This document shows, one piece after another, positions 1-7,162 of a stretch of 30,383 nt of DNA. Both the position numbers and the translations under genes were made by a program. The notes under the pieces were generated by a model. That model made no database searches. It saw only the letters and a list, made by a program, of their open reading frames with translations, and was not told the DNA's origin. This stretch comes from Macrostomum lignano (Eukaryota): the NCBI GenBank assembly GCA_002269645.1, contig NIVC01004949.1:1-30383 (forward strand). Direction: 5' to 3'. Every line of letters starts with the position of its first letter. The stretch's first letter is position 1.

Positions 1-1968
1 CTAGACTGGCAGCTAGAAATTGATGAAATCTTTCAGTCTTATTTTACCTGTACCGATTATCCTGTTATATCACACACTTAAACTTCTCCTTGTTCTCTGC
101 GATGCAGTCAAGGTGTATGTCTGGAATCATGCCGATTTTTTCAACTATTAAATGCATGTCATAGTTCTTTGCGTTGTGACAAAATATCGTTAGATCAATG
201 AATGTTCGATTTAGCTTTAGATTACAGGTGTTATGCGCTGCACCTCTAAATTTCCCAGTAAAGTGGCAGTGGTCCTAACGGTGGGTTTTTAATATTAGTG
301 CAAGTTAATGTTTCCTGCAGATGTGGCAATGAGTTGCTGATAGGAAATTGCTTTCATCCTCCTCAGTCATCATTATTGGAACAGGTTGAAGGTGCTAATC
401 ACTTTTTGCAACTCTAACATTCTGGCAATAAACTGCTCCACACACTGCTCTCCAAAGAAATAATTATACTCAACAAGTCCTTTTGTATTAATAAAGGCAT
501 ATGCTACTGAATTGGGGACATGTTTTTGAGTTTGAGTTTGTTTTTGAGTTTAGTTTGTTTTTGAGTTTCTGGCATGATTGAGCATTCGAAATCAGCATAT
601 ACAACAAATGGGAGCTTCTCCATCTTGTGATAGTTCTTAAACCGGAGATACTTCTCTTCAGCTGAAGGAAGAGAGCAGTTTGTCGGGTGATCCTCGCATG
701 ATAATTCATGCTCTGCTAGTTTTTCAAAGCGTTCAGGTCCACTGTAATGCTTAAGGCACAAGCGGCAGATGGCAACAGCCTCGTGATGATTATTCAACTG
801 CTTGTGAATGAGTCTTGAAAGATCTTTAATCCAAACATAGTGAGCCTCCTCTAGTAAATTACCAATCACTAGAAGATCCACTTCAGTCCGCCTTTTCCCC
901 TCGGATCTAAAACGTCTTTGCTACATCTGACCGGTTGAACTTTCTCAGTTTTTTCACTCCACTCAAAGACTGTGATTCTAATTTTGTTATTAAACACTTC
1001 TTCTAGCTTTGGGATCTGAGAGATCGCCAAGCCTCCTTTGTCAAACCTGATTCCCTTCTTTTCGCATTCGATGAGATAGTAGTTGAAATAATTTTGATAA
1101 TTTGAGGTTCTTTCGGGGTGGTGAGGGACACTATCATGAAGAAGTGCAGAAAGAACTGCCCATAGAGCACAGCAATTGTCTTTATTTTTAACATTTATGC
1201 AAGCTTTTTTCCGGCTAGCTTATGCGGGAGCTCTATATAAGAGGAGGCTTTAAGTGGGTCATATTTCATGACCATGACAGTCGCTCTTTGAATCCCTCCC
1301 ACGACCCATCCGGAACCTCTGGATGTAAACGCTTCAATTTTCTTATTGACATCTTGAAGGAAAGGATCCAGTGTGTCTGTAGGGGTGAATGGCTTTGCCT
1401 TTGTTGTCATGTAATACTCGAGATGCTCAGTGGGTTTCGCAGGCATATAAAACGCAATCTTGAATGATATCTGTAGTTTAAAGGTCTTGCGTGTTTTGAG
1501 TGTGTGATCAACAACTGATTGGATGCTGTCTTTATAGTCGTAGATGTTTGCGGTGGTATCCTTAATTGGGATTGTGTACTCTATGTAATGTTCTGTAAAC
1601 TTCCTCTGTGCAAAATTAATCTCTTCAATGGCAAGCTCCGACTCTTTTAAATGGATTAATTGCTCTAATTTCTCTTGTTCCTGCTTATTTTGTGGGTACT
1701 TTGCTTTTTCACCAGTGAGAGTTTCGTATTTGTTAACTAAGTTGCGACTCCTCTCTTGTGTTCTTTGCAGGATTTTTTATAGGCGCATACTGGTTGGATT
1801 CTAATTGATTGATGATTTCCAACTGTTTTTCATAGCTTCCCAGGTGACCAGGGTCGGTGTTAAACTTTGTTTGCATGCTTCTCTTAGTAAATTACTTTTG
1901 TCTTGAAATGAGACGCCTTTTGAAAAATATTTGTTGACTAAATCTCTTGCTGGATTGGCTTTTGGCAT
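1..1968 (-). pseudogene. Protein-primed family B DNA polymerase (pPolB), N-terminal and exonuclease part, frameshifted in this sequence; continues past base 1
   Basis: Stitched minus-strand frames give typical Polinton PolB motifs in order: FTSRGSGW, YDPLKASSYIELP, KK(A)CINVKNKDNCCALWAVL, HYVWIKDLSRL, C2H2-like CRLCLKHY..H..C, ExoI PFVVYADFEC, EndoVII CHIC..VRDHCHFTGKFRGAAHNTCN, ExoII FCHNAKNYDMHL. About 8 or more frameshifts are needed. The start at MPKANP (1968) is tentative. Confidence 0.9.
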
Positions 1969-2090
1969 TTTTCTCGAAAATATAAAAAAAATTTTGAGGG
2001 TGACCACCCTGATAGAAAAGTTGAACTGTTTCTACATCCTATCAGTAGCTTTAGGTTTATGAAGCTGGATAAAGTGGGTTTTAAACCTCA

Positions 2091-2536
2091 TCACATCCGC
2101 ATTATTGTAAACCCAGCATTGTGCAGTGTCATGATGGCTTTGACAATGTCAGACTTGCTTACAGAATTTTCATGCTCACAATCATCAAAATCCGGGCAGC
2201 CATCTCCTGCCTTAATTGTTATACCTTTTCTCTTGCAATCTTTTGCAATTCTAGCTGGTGGGCTCTATCATTCCCAGCTTTAACAGCAGTTGCTACACCT
2301 CCAGCTACACCACCTGCGGCACTTACAGCGCCTGCAATGATCGGAATAAGAGCTGCTAATGGTAGGATTCCTCCTGACTTTTCATCTGTGATGCTGTGTC
2401 TTTGCTCATTACACTGAACTATTTGCTGCACGGGATCGACTTTTACTTTGGCACCTTTAATTGATATAAGACCTGGTTTCTTTGATTCAATGATTTTATT
2501 GAGTTTATTGATGGTTCTGGTTTCAATCTTTGTCAT
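2091..2536 (-). CDS. Adenovirus pX(mu)-like core/membrane-active virion protein
   Basis: ORF 2219-2536 contains KSGG-ILPLAALIPIIAGAVSAAGGVAGGVATAV, resembling the adenovirus pX precursor segment MRGG-ILPLLIPLIAAAIGAVPGIASVA. One extra A in the run near 2225 extends the frame (REKGITIK...AGFTIMRM*) to a TGA at 2091-2093. Confidence 0.7.
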
Positions 2537-2556
2537 TTTTTATTTTAATATTTTAA

Positions 2557-3594
2557 TTAATTAATTTCTGTGTCAGCTGGTATCACTAGGAGTTCAGCTC
2601 TAGTGAATGACCGCGTGGGGGATTTAGGGTTAAAGGCCTGAGATAAAAAGTAATAGTCACCGGAGTCGGAGGTAAAATGTCTGTCTATTTTATGTACATC
2701 AAGGCTGAAGTATGGATCTGTAGCTCTTCTTTTGGTGTCTTTCTCTAGCTCTCCAGGTAGATATAAAAAGCGTAGAAACTCAGAGTTTGTCAGTATGTAT
2801 GGTGATTCAACTCCTGGAAGCTTAGGGTAGTTCGAGGTGTGTTTTGTGTTGTGTGTGTTGTGTGGGGTTGTCGTGTTGTTGTCTGTTCTATGAGATGCCT
2901 TAAGTTCGACAGTGTCTTGTTTAATTGCATGGGATGGTTTCAATCCAGTCATGCGTGTGACTTCATTGTTCAGTTGCTCTATAACAGTGGGGAGTCTTTC
3001 TGTCCACTTGGTATAGTACTGCCCCGCACTCAGTTTGAGTTCTTGCGCTGTCTGCTTAGTGAATAGTCTCTTGGCTAGAATTAGATTGAATCTTTCCACA
3101 AAAGCCTGGTCTCTGTGCAAGTTTGTTCTGCCATAGCGAATCTCTGTGTTTTTCTTTTCCATAAGGGATTTCACTACACCCATGAATTCCTTACCCGGGT
3201 CAGTCATAAAGATTTGGGGGTATGTGAGCGGAGAGTTTTTATAAATATCTTGCAGTGCGCTGGCAACAACCTCTGACTTCTTCGTCTTGAGTGGGCGAGC
3301 TTCCTTATATCTGGAAGCAATGTCAATAATTGTAAGAGCATACTTGTAGCCTGAGTCGTTGGGGAGAAACAAAAGATCTGCTTGGTGCGCTTCATTAGGT
3401 TTATAAATACTGAAATGGGGCCTTTCAAATTTTACTGGTGGGAAATAGACTTGAAAGACAGCCTGCTTAGAGAGCCATTTTTCTACTGTAGCTTTTGGCT
3501 CTTTACTCAGCTCCATGAGTTTACTAACAGCATTTTTGCCTACAAAGAATCCTTTGTCGCTGTAGTAGAGTTTTTTAAGTTTCTGATCTGTCAT
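2557..3594 (-). CDS. Retroviral-type (rve) DDE integrase of Polinton
   Basis: Intact 345-aa ORF. Catalytic motifs HQADLL, MTDPGKEF and AFVERFN, with D and E 35 positions apart. Also IIDIASRY, NNEVTRMTGLKP and a C-terminal YLPGELE..RRATDP..FTRAELL typical of Polinton integrases. Confidence 0.95.
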   Translation of the reverse strand: MTDQKLKKLYYSDKGFFVGKNAVSKLMELSKEPKATVEKWLSKQAVFQVYFPPVKFERPHFSIYKPNEAHQADLLFLPNDSGYKYALTIIDIASRYKEARPLKTKKSEVVASALQDIYKNSPLTYPQIFMTDPGKEFMGVVKSLMEKKNTEIRYGRTNLHRDQAFVERFNLILAKRLFTKQTAQELKLSAGQYYTKWTERLPTVIEQLNNEVTRMTGLKPSHAIKQDTVELKASHRTDNNTTTPHNTHNTKHTSNYPKLPGVESPYILTNSEFLRFLYLPGELEKDTKRRATDPYFSLDVHKIDRHFTSDSGDYYFLSQAFNPKSPTRSFTRAELLVIPADTEIN

Positions 3595-3624
3595 TTATTT
3601 AAAAAGAAAATTTTAAATAAAATA
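3595..3624. promoter_or_regulatory. Putative 30-bp AT-rich bidirectional promoter/leader between divergent integrase and PLA2
   Basis: 29 of 30 bases are A/T. Both flanking ATGs are preceded by TTAAATAA-like sequence, and a similar TTAAAATAAAAA precedes the ATG at 2536. Function is inferred. Confidence 0.4.
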
Positions 3625-4074
3625 ATGCAGCGCTCTGGTGGTAAAATAGATTCACATGGACTGATAGAAAAGCTTCCTCATCCAAACAAAGGCTGGACAC
3701 TTCCCGGCTATAAATATTGCGGGCCTTTGAATCCACTTAAAATACAGTTAGATAAAAACAATAATCCACATCCTGGGCATGAGCCTGTGAACGAGCTAGA
3801 CTCTGTCTGCATGTGGCACGACGTTAAGTATAGAGATTTTCCTGAGGAGAAGAATCGCTGGGACAAAGAAATGCTCAGGAGACTCGACAATATAGGGGCT
3901 TCAAGCGGATTTCGTGAGTCGATTGCTCGGAAATTAGTCAAGGCGGTTATTTTTGGTAAGAAAAAGCTGGGGTTGGGGGTCGGCGGTTGTTTGGGGGCGG
4001 GCTTTGTGTTGCACACGCCAAGTAAAGAATTAGGAAGACTGCTGAAAGAGCTGGGGGTTGAGAGAGCAGAATGA
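3625..4074 (+). CDS. Parvovirus VP1-type phospholipase A2 domain protein (Polinton/adintovirus PLA2)
   Basis: GWTLPGYKYCGPLN (Ca-binding loop) and PVNELDSVCMWHDVKY (HDxxY catalytic motif), followed by D.EML..L. The true start is probably MQRSGG at 3625, because the longer ORF call from 3382 overlaps the integrase antisense. Confidence 0.9.
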   Translation: MQRSGGKIDSHGLIEKLPHPNKGWTLPGYKYCGPLNPLKIQLDKNNNPHPGHEPVNELDSVCMWHDVKYRDFPEEKNRWDKEMLRRLDNIGASSGFRESIARKLVKAVIFGKKKLGLGVGGCLGAGFVLHTPSKELGRLLKELGVERAE

Positions 4075-4537
4075 TTCAAGCAAGAAAATTCAGCTGGATT
4101 AGCGGCTGTTTGGGAGAAGAGTTAAGTTTTCTGGCCTTCTGGCCTTCGCTTCTCTTCTCTCCACACAAGTGTACAGTCTTGAGCACACTGGTTTCGGTTA
4201 CAATCTCTCTTTCCACCATGCCCTTCTCCTTCATACTCCTCACCTCGCGCTATGCTCTGTGTACAGAGAAGTCTCACGCCTCATGCTCTATCGTACACTG
4301 AGCTATATCGATTGTTTTTCCCTGCTTGACTCCAAGATTGTACAGTCTAGAATTTTCTGGAATTTTCTAGCTGTATAGCTGTATTTAAGCAAATGCAGAA
4401 ACACTCGGGTTGATTCTCCCCGCATATGCCATCAACTGCGACTGAGAAACGACGACTGCAGGAACTTAAGCACGCTGAAAGTGATCTAAGAAATAGTCCG
4501 CCAAACTAGAAGATTAGAAGACAAGAAGATTTAGAAA

Positions 4538-5215
4538 ATGGAAGTCGAGTGGAATCTTCATTTGACAGATAAGCAAGGCCTTTGTGCCATGCTACAAAGA
4601 GTTTTACAGGATATTCCGTCACATCTACAAGCAAGAAGAAGAGAGGAACTAACCACCTTTTTCGGTCTAGAAACTGGCGACCTACCAATCGAGTTTTTCG
4701 CCATGGCCCCTGATGATATCGCCGCAGCGAATGAAGCGCAAAATGTGGGTAGCGAAGAGAAGAAGGCGGCGGCTCTGCAGAAGAAGATGGCGGATCTGCA
4801 GATATTCAGGGAGAAGTTGTACGCATCCCGCGTAACACTAGCTGATCAGCTGATGGACGCTGTTGATCACCAGCTTCCATCTGGCGAGCAGAACATCATC
4901 ACTAGGGTGAAGGCGGCTCTAGCAAAATACAAGAAGACTCAAATTGGAGGTCTACATTGGATTCTCGAAGTTGGGCGGCTGCTAAAAACTTATCGCAACG
5001 AGAACTTTGGACAAGATGTTAAAGTGCGGTTCGCCCATTTGTGTAAAAATGTAAACATCCAGGAATCAACTGGCTATTTGTACATTCGTCTGTACAAACT
5101 GTCTGTTACCTACCCAGGCTTAAGACAGGTGTCAATGCCAATTAGGGAACTAAACTCTAAGATGAAGTTTCTAGAAGAAATTTTGGCCAGTGATCCTGCG
5201 TGGAAAGTTGTGTAA
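4538..5215 (+). CDS. Uncharacterised 225-aa Polinton protein with a coiled-coil N-half and a possible helical DNA-binding C-half
   Basis: Uninterrupted 678-bp ORF inside the element with protein-like composition. An upstream frame starting at ATG 4426 (MPSTATEKRRLQELKH...) may be a broken N-terminal extension. Confidence 0.75.
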   Translation: MEVEWNLHLTDKQGLCAMLQRVLQDIPSHLQARRREELTTFFGLETGDLPIEFFAMAPDDIAAANEAQNVGSEEKKAAALQKKMADLQIFREKLYASRVTLADQLMDAVDHQLPSGEQNIITRVKAALAKYKKTQIGGLHWILEVGRLLKTYRNENFGQDVKVRFAHLCKNVNIQESTGYLYIRLYKLSVTYPGLRQVSMPIRELNSKMKFLEEILASDPAWKVV

Positions 5216-5241
5216 TTTTTAATTCAGTTCATTTAGAATTT

Positions 5242-5682
5242 TTCTAACGCGTTAGAATTTCAAAGAGAAGATTCAACAACTGGAGACAGCCGATTGGTTA
5301 AGTAGAGAAGGGTAGCAATTTTCTCAGTACTGTGTGCAACTCAGTCGGTGGGTTTTAAATTCTAACGCTGTTAGAAATTTCTATGTGAAAAGTTTCCCGC
5401 AAGATAAGCTTGGGCACACCAAATTTTCACATAGAAAATTCTAACGCGTTAGAGAATCTAGCTGCTGGCTCAAAGGAACGCTAGGCTGGCTCTGTATGGT
5501 TAAATAGAGGGGGGTAGAAATTTTCTAACGCCGTTAGAATTTTCTATGTGAAAAGCTTCCCGCATGATAAGCTTGGGCACACCAAATTTTCGCATGGAAG
5601 ATTCTAACGGCGTTAGAGAATCTAGCTGCTGGCTCAAAGGAACGCTAGGCTGGCTCTGTATGTTGTTGAAGAATTCTAACGC
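5242..5682. repeat. Palindrome/hairpin array: six TTCTAACG(n)GTTAGAA-type palindromes or half sites within two ~140-bp direct repeats (offset 163 bp)
   Basis: Palindromes at 5242, 5360, 5439, 5523 and 5602, and a half site at 5674. Direct repeats at about 5360-5500 and 5523-5662. The internal inverted repeat TTTCTATGTGAAAA / TTTTCACATAGAAA is at 5378-5391 / 5424-5437. Confidence 0.92.
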
Positions 5683-6005
5683 AGATCCTACATAGTGTCT
5701 GTTTTTTCTACCATTTTTGATACTCTTGTAATAGTTAATACATATCCTATCAGCTGTGCAACCGTTAATAAATATATAATTCTTACTAATGAATAATAAA
5801 ATTGTTTATATTTTTTCAATGGGTAAGGACCTTGCGCTGATGATTTAAAGTCTTAGGGATCTGGTAGCACGTTGCGGATTGAATGTGGGGAGAAGAATGC
5901 AGATTATTTTCTGATTGTTTCGAAGATGCTATGGGTGGATGTCGGTGTCAGTGAGCATAACAGGTGTCCACAGTGAGCATAACAGGTATCAGTTGACACC
6001 TGCTC

Positions 6006-6220
6006 TGATTCTGTCAGGGATAATATGGATGGATTTAATAGGATTATGTTCGAAGTTTTCAGAGCAAGTGCGGCCCCTCCCCTTTTTCATGATTCTGTCA
6101 GGGATAATATGGATGGATTTAATGGGATTATGGAGGACGTTTTGTGAGCGAGTGCGACCCCCCTTTTTTCTGATTCTGTCGGGGATAATATGGATGGATT
6201 TAATGGGATTATGGAGGATG
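6006..6220 (+). repeat. Three-copy 81-84-bp tandem repeat with a conserved 43-bp core
   Basis: Core TGATTCTGTC(A/G)GGGATAATATGGATGGATTTAAT(A/G)GGATTATG starts at 6006, 6090 and 6171. The intervening segments are related to each other. Confidence 0.92.
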
Positions 6221-6495
6221 TGAAAAATTTTGTCCCAGAAGCCCCCTCATGCCTTCTACTGGTGGAGATGGACATGGCCCAGGGCGTCTACAGGACAGTC
6301 ATCGCAGTAGCGATTCTAGTCGGACCGCTGATTGGCGGGTCTCTGCAGTTCGTGTCCTGGCTGGTATTTTTGTTCATGCTAATTCTGAACGTTATATCGT
6401 TAGTGTTGTGCTACAAAGCATACAGCCTTCTCTCCTACCCGGAAGAAGAGGGCGACGAGGTCGAGGGTGATGCTGAAGACCAGAAAGAAGAGTGA
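6190..6495 (+). CDS. Putative small membrane protein (two hydrophobic segments, acidic C-tail)
   Basis: 101-aa ORF with hydrophobic VIAVAILVGPLIGGSL and VSWLVFLFMLILNVISLVLCY segments and an EEEGDEVEGDAEDQKEE tail. It starts inside repeat copy 3. No recognised homology. Confidence 0.5.
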   Translation: MDGFNGIMEDVKNFVPEAPSCLLLVEMDMAQGVYRTVIAVAILVGPLIGGSLQFVSWLVFLFMLILNVISLVLCYKAYSLLSYPEEEGDEVEGDAEDQKEE

Positions 6496-7162
6496 TCAAA
6501 TTGTTCCGGAGAAACATTAGTGAGCAAACCTTGACACTGGCGTGTTCATAGCGAGCGCTGAGAAAGTATACACGTACCACTTTACTCTTTCGGGTTCCGT
6601 ACTTCGCTATATTACTACTTAAAACAATTTAGAAAGCGTGTCACAGGCTTTTTCAGAGAATATTCCCATTACTATTAGTAGTCTTCGTAGAGTATGCGAA
6701 CAAAGTGTGAACATTGGAATGTTTCAATTTTCTGATTTGCTTTGTTTTACGAGCAAAGCAGGGATGCCCTCGTGTTTTTTTAGGTTTCCAAAGTTGGGTT
6801 ATCCCTCGTACGTATTTACATGTAATCTTACGAGCCATTCAATCCACAAAGTTTGCTATTGCAGTCATCGCACTTTACGAAGAGTCGCGTAACTCTTAGT
6901 CGTAAATGCGAGCTAAGCGTCTTGTAAAGGGAAGCTGTATTTAACTCCTACCGCACTGAACTACTAGCGTATCTCCTTTTGAAGAGTGTAACTATACATG
7001 TACAATTTTCCTTACTCTTCAATTCCCTGATTGCGAATAAAACTTGCGTAGCAGTGTTGGAATATCGCGGCTTATCGTTTGGTGAAAATACCGGTAAAAA
7101 TATTTGAATTCATCGGTAACTCTACTAAAACTTTTTCGATTTTGAGTAACGGATTTTGACTA

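Larger units (their letters stand above)
1..6619. mobile_element. Polinton/Maverick (adintovirus-like) integrated dsDNA element, one end only; the rest lies left of the window
   Basis: Intronless, tightly packed cluster of pPolB, rve integrase, PLA2 and a pX-like ORF. Subterminal repeats at 5242-5682 and 6006-6220. Ends in ...TATATTACTACT at 6619, i.e. 5'-AGTAGT on the other strand, the short terminal repeat type known for Polintons. The right boundary is inferred because the other TIR is not visible. Confidence 0.88.

Noticed and set aside
3382-3624. N-terminal 81 codons of the 230-aa ORF call
   Set aside because: This stretch is antisense to the integrase. The PLA2 more plausibly starts at ATG 3625.
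4079-4370. Minus-strand frame KIPENSRLYNLGVKQGK...MKEKGMVEREIVTE between PLA2 and the 225-aa ORF
   Set aside because: Two in-frame stops, no clear start and no recognisable motif. It may be a decayed ORF but cannot be supported.
6006-6220. CRISPR-like repeat-spacer appearance
   Set aside because: Only three copies, the spacers are homologous to each other, the context is eukaryotic and viral, and there are no cas genes. It is a diverged tandem repeat.
5915-6223. 102-aa ORF with repeated ILSGIIWMDL
   Set aside because: It has a non-ATG start and is a by-product of the tandem repeat read in another frame.
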